A stretch of 64,000 nt of DNA from Parcubacteria group bacterium ADurb.Bin159 (GTDB lineage Bacteria > Patescibacteriota > Patescibacteriia > UBA2591 > MWDC01), in assembly GCA_002070355.1 (NCBI GenBank), contig MWDC01000001.1:1996-65995 (forward strand). Direction: 5' to 3'. The notes under the pieces are model-generated. The model had not been told where the DNA came from. It saw nothing but the letters and a program-made list of their open reading frames with translations, and made no database searches. The translations under genes were made by a program, and so were the position numbers. This document shows positions 1-9,280 of this stretch, piece after piece. Positions within the stretch are counted from its first letter, which is position 1. Each line of letters opens with the position of its first letter.

Positions 1-837
1 GGTTCAATTATTAAAGGCGCTTTAGCCGCAGGGGGTTTAGAAGAGGGGATTATTAAACCTGATACTCAAATTCTTTCTACAGGAGGAATAAATGTCGGTT
101 CTTGGTTTTTCCCTGATTGGAAAGCAGGTGGACATGGCAGGGTAAATGTCATAAAAGCTTTAGCTGAATCAGTAAACACCTTTTTTTATTATTTAGGAGG
201 AGGTTATGGAAATTTTAAAGGATTAGGAGTAGAAGGAATAAATCATTATTTAGAGCTTTTCGGTTTCGGCGACAAAACAGGCATTGATATTCCTAATGAA
301 TCTTCGGGATTGTTGCCCACTCCTTTATGGAAAGAAAAAGTTAAGGGAGAACCTTGGTATCCGGGAGATACTTATCACTTATCTATTGGCCAAGGAGATA
401 TTTTAGTTACTCCGCTTCAGGTGGTAAATTATACTGCAGCCATAGCTAATGGCGGCATACTTTTTCGGCCACATTTAGTAGATTATATTATTGACCAAGA
501 AACAGGAGAAAAAATATATAAAGAGTCGGAAATTATAAGAAAAGATTTTATTTCAAAAGAAAATATAGAAGTAGTTAGGCAAGGGTTTAGAGCAGTTGTT
601 GAGGAAGGAAGTGGACGCCAGTTAAAATATTTTGAGCCAAAAGTTGCTGGAAAAACAGGGACAGCTGAAATTTTGGGAAAACAGCCCCACGCTTGGTTTA
701 CTTGTTTTGCCCCTTATGAAGAGCCAGAAATAGTTTTAACCGTTTTAATTGAAAACGGAGGAGAGGGTTCTACTGTAGCCATACCTTTGGCTAAAGAAAT
801 TCTCACCTGGTGGTTTGAAAATTCAAAAACATTCTAA
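1..837 (+). CDS. penicillin-binding protein transpeptidase domain (FtsI/PBP2-like), 3' portion; 5' end lies upstream of the window
   Basis: Frame 1 is open from base 1. The translation contains the SxN motif (ESVNTFFY) and the KTG motif (GKTGTAE) of PBP transpeptidases. The ORF-track ORF 310..837 is the tail of this frame. Confidence 0.75.
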   Translation, partial: GSIIKGALAAGGLEEGIIKPDTQILSTGGINVGSWFFPDWKAGGHGRVNVIKALAESVNTFFYYLGGGYGNFKGLGVEGINHYLELFGFGDKTGIDIPNESSGLLPTPLWKEKVKGEPWYPGDTYHLSIGQGDILVTPLQVVNYTAAIANGGILFRPHLVDYIIDQETGEKIYKESEIIRKDFISKENIEVVRQGFRAVVEEGSGRQLKYFEPKVAGKTGTAEILGKQPHAWFTCFAPYEEPEIVLTVLIENGGEGSTVAIPLAKEILTWWFENSKTF

Positions 838-851
838 TTAAAAATGAAATA

Positions 852-1676
852 ATGACTTACTATATTAAAGATAAACATCAAAAAGCAAAAAGAACATATA
901 AAAAATATTCTCGAAAGTCGATCCTTAAAATTGTTTTTAGGGTTTTTTTAGTTATTTTGGCAATAGGGGGTTTAATTTATTTATTTTTTTTCAGTCCTAT
1001 TTTTGAAATTAAAAATTTTATTATTGATGGTAAAGATCCTATTTTAGAAAATGAATTAACAGAATATCTTAAACCATTAGTTTCAGGTAAAAACTATTTT
1101 TTTGTTTCTAAAAAGAAAATTTTAAGCGAATTAGAAAAAGATTACCGGATAAAAGATGTGGAGGCAACTAAAATTTTCCCTGATTCTTTAAAAATCACTT
1201 TTAAAAAATCTTTACCTTTTGCTCTAATATATATAAAAGGAGGGGAAGAAAGCTTTCTTTATTGGGTTCGTAATCAAATTTATGTTATTCCTCAAAATTC
1301 TTTAGGAGAACGCAGTTTAACGGTTTTGGCAGAACAAGATATACCTATTATTTATGACCAAACGAATATCTCTATAAAAACAAAAGAATGGCAAGAACTT
1401 TTTATGGGATTATCCCGTCTTTTGAGTTTTTATGGTTTAGGAAGCGGTAAGCAGAACAATTTTACTATTAATTTTATAGAAATTAAAAAAGAGGGCGGAA
1501 GAATCACCCTCGAAATGATCACCAATGAAGGTTGGAAAATTTTGGCCGACCCAGTTGATTTGATTAGTCAATTTGAGAGAATGGAAGCTATTTTAACTAA
1601 AGAAGTTAAATCAAGGGCCGATCTTTTATATGTAGATTTGCGTTTTGGAGAAACGGTTTTTTATAAGACAAAATAA
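852..1676 (+). CDS. ftsQ: FtsQ/DivIB-like cell division protein (N-terminal TM helix plus POTRA-like region)
   Basis: Single N-terminal TM (ILKIVFRVFLVILAIGGLIYLFFF) followed by a POTRA-like segment (IKNFIIDG...). Lies immediately downstream of the PBP gene, as in dcw clusters. Confidence 0.5.
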   Translation: MTYYIKDKHQKAKRTYKKYSRKSILKIVFRVFLVILAIGGLIYLFFFSPIFEIKNFIIDGKDPILENELTEYLKPLVSGKNYFFVSKKKILSELEKDYRIKDVEATKIFPDSLKITFKKSLPFALIYIKGGEESFLYWVRNQIYVIPQNSLGERSLTVLAEQDIPIIYDQTNISIKTKEWQELFMGLSRLLSFYGLGSGKQNNFTINFIEIKKEGGRITLEMITNEGWKILADPVDLISQFERMEAILTKEVKSRADLLYVDLRFGETVFYKTK

Positions 1677-1923
1677 TAGGATAAAATATAGGTAGTGTCG
1701 CAAAAGGGGAATTGTGCGTCGCTTAACATTACTACTTCCCCATATAACTACTATTATTTCTTTCATACGTTTCCACCCATATTTCTATATATTTTACCAC
1801 AAAACTCATTCCCATTAAGAAAACGCCAAAAATAATCACCATAATAATAATAATAGAAATAAATGGTTTTATGTCTTTTTGCCACCATCCTTTTTCGAGC
1901 ATAATAAAAAATATTAAATAAAT

Positions 1924-3261
1924 TTATAGTAAATAATCCAGTGGATTTACCGGCAAACCATTCATTCTAACCTCAAAATGAAGGTGCGGTCCAGTAGAAA
2001 AATTACCTGCTCCAGGAGTGCCAGGCATTCCTCCGCTTTTACCAATAACTTCTCCTCTTTTAATATATTCATTTTGGACAACGGAAATTTGAGATAAATG
2101 TCCATAAAGAGTGGAAAATGTCTCATTATGGACGATCATAATATAGCTGTAGCCCATTCCTCCGTATTTCGCTTGAGCCACATATCCTGAAGCAGCTGCC
2201 CTGACGGTCGTTCCTTGCGCGGCTCGAATATCAATACCCGAATGCTCGCCCAATAAATATCGATAAGGATAATCCGAGTCGTGGAACAAACAAGTAATCC
2301 TTTCTTTAGGTACCGGCCAAGAAAAAACAATTTCATTCCCTTCTTCCATGTCATTTGACTCTTTTTCTTTTTCCAAAGAAGCTAATTTTTCTTTAACTGT
2401 TCTTTCTAGCTCTTGAATTTCTTTTTCTCGAGCCCTTTCTTCTTCAATAGCATTAGCCAATAAACTTTGAAATTTCCACTCTGCTCCCCTACTCTGGTCC
2501 AAAAGATATGATTGAACCTGTTTATTAGAAGCCAATTTTGCCTTTTGGGTTTCAATTTCAATCTTAGCTGATTCGATCTGATTTACTTTTTCCCGTTTAG
2601 CTAATTTTTGTTCTTCTAGGGCTGATTTTATAATTTCGTATTGATTTAGAGAATGAAGTAAATTTTTTTCCAATGTCCGCAAATAATAAATCCTGTCTAC
2701 CAAAGACGAAAGGGAAGAATTTAGCGCAAAAAGGGAAAGATAATCTTTTTTATCCTCTTTATCAATCAATTGAATAATTCTTTTTATCTGTTCTTTTTGG
2801 CTTTCAATCTGTTTTTCTTTTTCCAAAATGCGAAATTGGATATTTTTGATAGAAAGTTCCAAATATTCTATTTCTTTTTCTTGCTTTTTAATCTCCAATT
2901 GAATTTTAGCTATTTGATTATCTAAAAAAGAAATTTCGTTCTTAAGCGTTTTTGCCTCTTTTCTTATTTGTTCTATTTTTTGTTCATAAATTTTTTGCTC
3001 TTCTCCTAATTTGGTAATTTCATTTTCTTTTATTTTAATTTGATTCTGGATATCTTCGATTTCATTAGAAATAGAATTTGCAGCTTTAGATATAAAAATA
3101 TTCGTCAAAAATAACCCTCCACTAATAATAATAAGAGAATAAATAATAAAAATTTTTTTAGTCATTGTTATTATTTTATCAAATTTTAATAACCTTGACA
3201 AGTCAAATAATAAGATTATACTAAAATAAATTAATAACATTGTCATAGCCGGCTTTGGCAT
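1924..3261 (-). CDS. M23 family metallopeptidase with long N-terminal coiled coil (EnvC-like murein hydrolase activator)
   Basis: C-terminal M23/LytM signature (YGHLSQI...GPHLHFEV). N-terminal TM plus a long K/E/Q-rich coiled coil. Confidence 0.75.
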   Translation of the reverse strand: MPKPAMTMLLIYFSIILLFDLSRLLKFDKIITMTKKIFIIYSLIIISGGLFLTNIFISKAANSISNEIEDIQNQIKIKENEITKLGEEQKIYEQKIEQIRKEAKTLKNEISFLDNQIAKIQLEIKKQEKEIEYLELSIKNIQFRILEKEKQIESQKEQIKRIIQLIDKEDKKDYLSLFALNSSLSSLVDRIYYLRTLEKNLLHSLNQYEIIKSALEEQKLAKREKVNQIESAKIEIETQKAKLASNKQVQSYLLDQSRGAEWKFQSLLANAIEEERAREKEIQELERTVKEKLASLEKEKESNDMEEGNEIVFSWPVPKERITCLFHDSDYPYRYLLGEHSGIDIRAAQGTTVRAAASGYVAQAKYGGMGYSYIMIVHNETFSTLYGHLSQISVVQNEYIKRGEVIGKSGGMPGTPGAGNFSTGPHLHFEVRMNGLPVNPLDYLL

Positions 3262-3286
3262 TTGATATTTAAATTTAACGTTTATT

Positions 3287-3502
3287 ATGGTGTTAGATAT
3301 TATTCAAATTATTGTTTCTGTTTTGCTCATTATTTTTGTCATACTTTCTTCGCGCCATGGCGGATTACTGGGTAGTTTGGGGGGCGAAAGTACGCCCTAT
3401 CAAACAAAAAGAGGGGTGGAAAAGCATGTTTTTATATTTACTATTATCTTGGCCATTTTATTTTTAGGGTTAGGTGTAGCCCAATTTATTTTAGCTGGAT
3501 AA
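3287..3502 (+). CDS. secG: preprotein translocase subunit SecG-like
   Basis: 71 aa with two TM helices flanking a Gly-rich loop (HGGLLGSLGG), the typical SecG architecture. Confidence 0.5.
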   Translation: MVLDIIQIIVSVLLIIFVILSSRHGGLLGSLGGESTPYQTKRGVEKHVFIFTIILAILFLGLGVAQFILAG

Positions 3503-3503
3503 A

Positions 3504-5066
3504 TTGTTTTTCCCTATGCTCAGTATTAAAAAACGGATAATTATATTTATCATTTTAGCTATAATTATTATTTTAGCTATTTTTTTTATCAACAAAAAAA
3601 AGGAATCTGTTTCTTTGCCTGCTTCAGGGGGTAAATATCGAGAAGGAATTATTTCTCAGCCAGAATTTAATAATCCCCTCCTCCAAGATTCCGGTTCAGA
3701 TTTAGCTATTTCTCAATTAGTTTTTTCCCGTTTAATAAAAAAAGGTTATAATTTAGAACCGAATTTAGATTTAGTCGCAAAATATAAAATCAATCCTGAC
3801 TCAACTTACACTTTTTACCTTTATCAAAATGCGCTTTGGCATGATGGAAAGCCGGTAACTGTTGATGATGTTATTTTTACCATTGATTTGGCAAAAAAAA
3901 TTAAAAATAATTCCTCTTTTAATTCTCTTGATGTATCAAAGATCGATAATTATACTTTTAAAATAAGTTATCCCGGCAATTCAGACAAATTATTTTCTCT
4001 TCTTGATATTCCCATTTTGCCAAAACATATTTGGGAGAATATCCCTGAAAATGATTTAAACAATTTAAATTTAAATATCAAGCCGATAGGAAGCGGCCCA
4101 TTTATTTTTGAAAATATAGAATTTGATAAAAATAAGGAAAAGGTTAAAAATTATACTTTAAGAAAAAATGATATTTTTTATAGAAAACCGCCCTATTTAG
4201 AAAAAATTATTTTTACTTTTTACCCCGACATAGAAAGCGCTATGAAAGGACTTAAACAACAAGAAATTCAAGGATTAGGATTTTTGTTCAAAGGAATAGA
4301 TATTCCACCAGAAATTTCTTATAATCACCAAATTTATAAATTAGAAACACCCCAATATGTTGCCGCTTTCTTTAATTTAAATAACGAGAAATTAACTAAA
4401 TCAATAAGGCAATCCCTTAATTCTCTTGTTGATAAAAAAAACCTCCCTCCTGTTTTAAAAGGTATGGGGTTTCCTATTAGTGGCCCGCTTTTGAATAATT
4501 ATTTAAACGAACCTTTAGATTCATTTTCAAATGAGCCACCCCCTTCTAATGGACTTTCCAAAACATCATTAGAATTAACCTTAACTATTGGCGAAGAACC
4601 TGTTTTCCAAGAAATTGCCACTTTTTTAAAACGATGTTGGGAGAACGAAGGCATAAAAGTTAATATTGAGATTGAGGGACCAGAAAAAATTGCTGCTATA
4701 ACCAGAAATGGCGATTTTGAAATTTTGCTTTATGGCGTTTTAGCGGGTTTGCCTTCTCAACAATACGCTTTTTGGCACTCGAACTTTAAGGAAGACAGAA
4801 TTAATTTAACTGGATTTTCCAATAGGAGAGTTGATGAACTTTTAGAATTAGCTTCTTTGGCTAACGAGCAAGACAAAAAATATGAATATCTTAAAGAAGC
4901 AGAATCTCTTATTGTCAAAGAATATCCGGCAATTTTTCTTTATTCTCCTTATTATATTTATATTTTAAGAGATAATATAAAAGGAGTTGAAATTAATAAA
5001 ACTCTTTTAACTCCTGAAGAACGTTTTGATAATATTGAAAATTGGTATATTAAAACCAAATTCTAA
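3504..5066 (+). CDS. ABC transporter substrate-binding protein, family 5 (peptide/nickel-type), N-terminal membrane anchor
   Basis: 520 aa with an N-terminal TM and overall similarity to OppA/DppA-type SBPs (e.g. LWHDGKPVT, FYLYQNALW, family-5 layout). Confidence 0.5.
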   Translation: MFFPMLSIKKRIIIFIILAIIIILAIFFINKKKESVSLPASGGKYREGIISQPEFNNPLLQDSGSDLAISQLVFSRLIKKGYNLEPNLDLVAKYKINPDSTYTFYLYQNALWHDGKPVTVDDVIFTIDLAKKIKNNSSFNSLDVSKIDNYTFKISYPGNSDKLFSLLDIPILPKHIWENIPENDLNNLNLNIKPIGSGPFIFENIEFDKNKEKVKNYTLRKNDIFYRKPPYLEKIIFTFYPDIESAMKGLKQQEIQGLGFLFKGIDIPPEISYNHQIYKLETPQYVAAFFNLNNEKLTKSIRQSLNSLVDKKNLPPVLKGMGFPISGPLLNNYLNEPLDSFSNEPPPSNGLSKTSLELTLTIGEEPVFQEIATFLKRCWENEGIKVNIEIEGPEKIAAITRNGDFEILLYGVLAGLPSQQYAFWHSNFKEDRINLTGFSNRRVDELLELASLANEQDKKYEYLKEAESLIVKEYPAIFLYSPYYIYILRDNIKGVEINKTLLTPEERFDNIENWYIKTKF

Positions 5067-5083
5067 ATTTCAAATTTCAGCTT

Positions 5084-5167
5084 GGGCGAGTGATGAAATG
5101 GGGAGACATATAGCGTTCAGAACGCTATGACCGCAAGGTCGTGTGGGTTCGAATCCCACCTCGCCCA
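5084..5167 (+). tRNA. tRNA-Leu(CAG), class II (long variable arm); CCA not encoded
   Basis: Acceptor stem GGGCGAG/CTCGCCC. Anticodon arm TAGCG-TTCAGAA-CGCTA (anticodon CAG). Variable-arm hairpin GACCGCAAGGTC. T-arm GTGGG-TTCGAAT-CCCAC. Discriminator A. Confidence 0.85.
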
Positions 5168-6558
5168 TTAACATCAAAAAATTTTATGAATTTAAGAAGT
5201 TCTTTCTTCTTAATAAGCATTAATTTTTTGGTTTTTGCCTCAATAGTTAAACGAAGAAGAGGTTCAGTATTAGAAAAACGTATGTTAAACCACCAATCTT
5301 TAAATCGTATAGTTAATCCGTCAAAATATTCTTTTTCTGCTTTATTATATTTTTTTTCCAATTGATTAATTATTTCTTTTTTATTTTTTATTTTAAGATT
5401 AATTTCTGGTGTTTTATAATATTTTCTAAATTCTTGAATTAAACAAGAAAGGCTTTTTTTGTTTTGAGAAATAATATTTAATACAGAAATAAGCGTTAAT
5501 CCTCCGCATTCAGCATAAAACATATCTTTCCAATAAAAATGTCCGGATGTTTCCCCGCCTAAAATTGCTTTATTTTTTTTCATACATTCTTTCATAAAAG
5601 TGTGGCCTGTTTGACAGGGGCAAGGGAAACCGCCGAAAGCTGTTATTTTTTTTTCAACGATTTTTGAGGAGCTCGCTTTATTATAAACAATTTTTTCTTT
5701 AGATTTTTTAGAAAGTAAATATTTAGCTAAAAGAAGAAGTATAAAATCTGACGGGACAAATTTCCCTTTATTGTCAATAAAAATTGTTCTATCTCCATCG
5801 CCGTCAAAAGCTAAACCAAAATCAGCCTTTTCTTTATTCACTGCTAAACGAAGGTCTTTTGTATTTTGTGGTTCTAAGGGATTGGGCAAATGATTAGGAA
5901 AATGACCATCGGGTTTAGCATAAAGAGTTTTTAAGCGAATGGGCAACTTATTTGCCAAAGGAATAATAACTTTACCAGCTGTTCCGTTGCCAAAATCAAT
6001 AATAACCTTTAATGGTTTTATTGTTTTAATATCGGTTTTTGAAAGTATGTATTTAAGATAAGTAGGGATAATATTTTGTTTGGTAATTTTTCCTGTTGTT
6101 TTTTTATTTACAAATTTATGGTTGATAACCATTTTTTTTATGGTTTTCATGCCAAAATTATTGTTAATAAATCTATTTCCTCTAATTAGCATTTTTAATC
6201 CGTTATAATGAGGCGGATTATGGCTGGCCGTTACCATAGCTGCGGCGTCAAGAGATAAAAAATTCAAAGAGAAATAAAGGGCGTCTACTGGAGTTAAACC
6301 AATATCAATAACATTGGCTCCTTCATCTCTTATACCATTTGAGAAAGAAAGAAAAATATAAGGCGAGGAAAGACGGCAATCACGATTAACCGCAATTTTT
6401 AATTTTCTTTGAGATTTGTTTAGTTTTTTTGCCGTGAAAATAACCAGGGCTCGACCAATTTTGTAAGCTATTTCTTCATTGAAATCTTCAGGATAAATGC
6501 CCCTGATATCATAAGGACCAAAAATTGACGGATTCACTTTATTGGACATATTTGGCAA
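5125..6558 (-). CDS. phosphoglucomutase/phosphomannomutase family protein (alpha-D-phosphohexomutase)
   Basis: Active-site motif TASHNPPHYNGLK. Metal-binding loop DGDGDR. Sugar-binding GGETSGH. The last ~14 codons overlap tRNA-Leu in antisense. Confidence 0.8.
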   Translation of the reverse strand: MPNMSNKVNPSIFGPYDIRGIYPEDFNEEIAYKIGRALVIFTAKKLNKSQRKLKIAVNRDCRLSSPYIFLSFSNGIRDEGANVIDIGLTPVDALYFSLNFLSLDAAAMVTASHNPPHYNGLKMLIRGNRFINNNFGMKTIKKMVINHKFVNKKTTGKITKQNIIPTYLKYILSKTDIKTIKPLKVIIDFGNGTAGKVIIPLANKLPIRLKTLYAKPDGHFPNHLPNPLEPQNTKDLRLAVNKEKADFGLAFDGDGDRTIFIDNKGKFVPSDFILLLLAKYLLSKKSKEKIVYNKASSSKIVEKKITAFGGFPCPCQTGHTFMKECMKKNKAILGGETSGHFYWKDMFYAECGGLTLISVLNIISQNKKSLSCLIQEFRKYYKTPEINLKIKNKKEIINQLEKKYNKAEKEYFDGLTIRFKDWWFNIRFSNTEPLLRLTIEAKTKKLMLIKKKELLKFIKFFDVNGRGGIRTHTTLRS

Positions 6559-6581
6559 TATTCATATATTGATATTCTAAT

Positions 6582-7286
6582 TTATTTTCGTTTTTTGGCA
6601 ATAATAACCAAATTATTTGCCTTAAAAATATTGGATTTGTTTTCTATAATTTCAAAATCTTTTTTTAATAATTTTTTAAGCTCATTTTTACTGAAAGCGT
6701 GATAATAACGCCAAATAACGTCATTTTTTGCTTTCCAAGGAATAAAGGTATCGCCGTAATCCAATCCCCTTTCCCGTTTTCCCAAAAGCATTAATAAATT
6801 GTGATATTTTAAGAGAAATTTGAATGAAAATAAATTCCAAACACTTATTACCAAAAATCCTTGAGGCTTAAGAACTCTGGCGCATTCTTTTATGGCTTTT
6901 TCCCTTAACGATAAAGAAGGAATATGGTGAAGAACAGCTAAACTAAAAACTATATCAAAAAAATTAGAAGAAAAGGGAATGTCCAAGATATTGCCATTGG
7001 TAAAAATGGGATTATTACTTTCATTGGGCCATTTATTTTTAGCCAAATTAATCATTTTAGAAGAAGTATCAATGCCGAAATATTGAATGTTTTCTTTTCG
7101 AAATATCGAATAAAGTCTGCCGTTTCCACAGCCAATATCCAAAATTTTATCATTTGATTTGATAAATTTGTTAAATTTTCTAAAATCAGGCCATAGTTGA
7201 GAACGTGAAACTGAAAATTCTTCAGCAATAGTGTCAAAGTTTTTTATATTTTCTTTAAGAATTTTAATGGCTATTTCTTGTCGCAT
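6582..7286 (-). CDS. class I SAM-dependent methyltransferase
   Basis: Motif I (LDIGCGNGR) plus a downstream acidic loop typical of the Methyltransf_11/25 family. Confidence 0.7.
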   Translation of the reverse strand: MRQEIAIKILKENIKNFDTIAEEFSVSRSQLWPDFRKFNKFIKSNDKILDIGCGNGRLYSIFRKENIQYFGIDTSSKMINLAKNKWPNESNNPIFTNGNILDIPFSSNFFDIVFSLAVLHHIPSLSLREKAIKECARVLKPQGFLVISVWNLFSFKFLLKYHNLLMLLGKRERGLDYGDTFIPWKAKNDVIWRYYHAFSKNELKKLLKKDFEIIENKSNIFKANNLVIIAKKRK

Positions 7287-7356
7287 AATTTTTTTCGAAG
7301 ATTTCGCTTTCGCGAAATTCTAAAATTTGTATTCTATATTATAAATTCTATTTATT

Positions 7357-8925
7357 ATGGACCCGAAAATATTAAAACGAGAATTAAAGAGAAAAAAAAT
7401 ACTTAACGAAAAAGATATAGTTGATTTACAAAGAAAAATTGCTAAAAAATATAAAATTTTTCTTCCTAATAAAATAGATATTCTAACTGCCGCTAAAGAA
7501 TTAAACATTAAAACTAATTTCAAGAAAAAACCAATTCGCTCTCTTTCTGGTGTGGCTATTGTCGCTGTTTTAACTAAGAATTTTCCCTGCCCGGGAAAAT
7601 GCATTTATTGTCCAAATGAAAAAAATTTGCCTAAAAGTTATCTTTCCGGAGAACCAGCCGTGGAAAGGGCAAAAAAATTAAATTTTGACCCTTATCTACA
7701 AATTCAAGAGAGAATTAAAGCTTTAGAGAAAGAAGGCCATTCTACTGATAAAATAGAATTGATTATTATCGGCGGTACTTGGTCGGCTCTCCCCTCCTCT
7801 TATCAAAAAGAATTTATAAAACAATGTTTCAAGGGAGCAAATGAATGCGATAAAAAATCAAAAGCAGAAAAAAAATCAAATAAATCTTTATTAGAAGTAC
7901 AAAAAATTAATGAAAAGGCGAGACACAGAATTATTGGTTTAACATTAGAGACAAGACCGGATTATATTACTCTCAAAGAAATAGAAAAAATGCGTATTTA
8001 TGGCTGTACTCGTGTAGAATTGGGCGTTCAATCAATTGAAGATAGAATACTTAAAATTAATCATCGTGGTCATAATGTGGAAACCACTATCAAAGCAACA
8101 AAACTCTTAAAGGATGCGGGGTTTAAGATTTGTTATCATATTATGCCAGGCCTTTTAGGTTCAAACCCAAAATTAGATTTAAAACAATTCAAAACTTTAT
8201 TTGAAGATGAAAGATTTAGGCCGGATATGCTTAAAATTTATCCTTGTGTTATTACTAAGGGCTCCAAACTGTACACTCTTTTTTTAAATGGCCAATATCG
8301 TTCCTATACAGATAAAACACTAATAAAACTATTAGTGGAAATGAAAAAAAGTATTCCTCCTTATGTGAGATTACTTCGTCTAATTAGAGACATTCCCTCT
8401 AACTCTATTATCAGTGGAATAAAAATTTCTAATCTTAGAGAGGTTGTTCAAAAAAAAATGAATGAAAAAGGTTATAAATGCCAATGTATCCGCTGTCGAG
8501 AAATCAAAACATTACCCTTAAATTTTAAAAACATTAAATTAGTCAGAAGAGATTATGATGCTTCTTTGGGTAAAGAAGTTTTTCTTTCTTTTGAAGACCT
8601 AAAGCAAGATAAATTATTAGCCTTTTTGCGTTTGCGTTTGCCCCAAAATCCAGAATATCCTTCTTCACTATCAAAATCCCTTAATGGAGCAGCTTTAATT
8701 CGAGAAATTCACACTTATGGGGAATTAACCCCTTTAGGGAAAAAAATTGGAGCTATTCAGCATTATAGTTTAGGGAAAAAATTGATTAAAAAGGCAGAAG
8801 AAATTGCTCAGCAAGCTAATTATAAAAAAATAGCCGTTATTTCCGGCATTGGGGTAAGAGATTATTGGCGAAAAAATGGCTATCACTTATCTGAAACATA
8901 TATGATAAAAAAACTAAAATATTAA
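7357..8925 (+). CDS. Elp3-like radical SAM / GNAT acetyltransferase (tRNA modification family)
   Basis: 522 aa. Radical-SAM cysteine triad (CPGKCIYC). Central radical-SAM core and a C-terminal GNAT-like region. Length and order match Elp3 homologues. Confidence 0.7.
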   Translation: MDPKILKRELKRKKILNEKDIVDLQRKIAKKYKIFLPNKIDILTAAKELNIKTNFKKKPIRSLSGVAIVAVLTKNFPCPGKCIYCPNEKNLPKSYLSGEPAVERAKKLNFDPYLQIQERIKALEKEGHSTDKIELIIIGGTWSALPSSYQKEFIKQCFKGANECDKKSKAEKKSNKSLLEVQKINEKARHRIIGLTLETRPDYITLKEIEKMRIYGCTRVELGVQSIEDRILKINHRGHNVETTIKATKLLKDAGFKICYHIMPGLLGSNPKLDLKQFKTLFEDERFRPDMLKIYPCVITKGSKLYTLFLNGQYRSYTDKTLIKLLVEMKKSIPPYVRLLRLIRDIPSNSIISGIKISNLREVVQKKMNEKGYKCQCIRCREIKTLPLNFKNIKLVRRDYDASLGKEVFLSFEDLKQDKLLAFLRLRLPQNPEYPSSLSKSLNGAALIREIHTYGELTPLGKKIGAIQHYSLGKKLIKKAEEIAQQANYKKIAVISGIGVRDYWRKNGYHLSETYMIKKLKY

Positions 8926-8971
8926 ATCCAAAATTCTATATTTTAAATTCAAAATTCTTTTTAACCAAAAT

Positions 8972-9120
8972 TAATCAAAATCATGCCAAATTTGAAAAAT
9001 TGCCCGAAAATCCGCATCAACTTCCCAAAAGGGGACAGTCCCCTTTTTCCGACCTCTGCAAACCCGCATCAATAAAGGCTTATCTCCTCAAAAAATCAAA
9101 TTTGACACTTTTTCTACCAA
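8972..9120. repeat. dispersed intergenic repeat element, copy A (composite, contains palindrome GGGGACAGTCCCC at 9031-9043)
   Basis: Shares the string aaaatcatgccaaatttgaaaaat..cccgcatcaataaaggctt and the tail tcaaatttgacactttttctaccaa with copies at 9185-9271, 45157-45240, 57321-57412 and 59424-59507. Confidence 0.6.
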
Positions 9121-9184
9121 TTTTAAAATAATAAAAATAAATAATAAAAATAAATTAAATTTTATATTCTAAATTCCAAATTTT

Positions 9185-9271
9185 GATCAAAATCGTGCCA
9201 TTTTTGAAAAATCGCCCGCAAACCCGCATCAATAAAGGCTTCTCAGCGGTCGGTTTTTGGGGTCTAACCCC
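9185..9271. repeat. dispersed intergenic repeat element, copy B (palindrome GGGGTCTAACCCC at 9259-9271)
   Basis: aaaatcgtgccatttttgaaaaatcgcccgcaaacccgcatcaataaaggcttctcagcggtcggtttttggggtctaacccc is near-identical to copy E at 59424-59507. Confidence 0.65.
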
Positions 9272-9280
9272 AAAAAATAT

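Noticed and set aside
1677-1923. Short (~57 aa) hydrophobic minus-strand ORF in the ftsQ - M23 peptidase spacer (MLEKGWWQKDIKPFISIIIIMVIIFGVFLMGMSFVV...)
   Set aside because: Below the ORF-track threshold, with no homology-type motifs. It could be a real small membrane protein, but there is insufficient evidence to call it.
2136-2354. Small ORF-track ORFs nested in or antisense to large genes (e.g. 2136..2354, 5141..5365, 7052..7237, 9498..9728, 9876..10172, 10638..10844, 11175..11369, 12274..12570, 29185..29908 series, 33087..33993, 36035..36529, 53941..54159, 55672..56142, 56783..57118, 58417..59163, 60749..61404, 61646..61934)
   Set aside because: All lie entirely within, and opposite or out of frame to, long ORFs with clear homology-type motifs. 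Their composition is typical of non-coding frames in AT-rich DNA. Several are duplicated only because the underlying real gene is repetitive.
8972-9271. Possible CRISPR array from the repeated palindromic elements
   Set aside because: Copies are dispersed over 50 kb, not regularly spaced, about 90 bp long with variable tails, and there are no cas genes. They are not a CRISPR.
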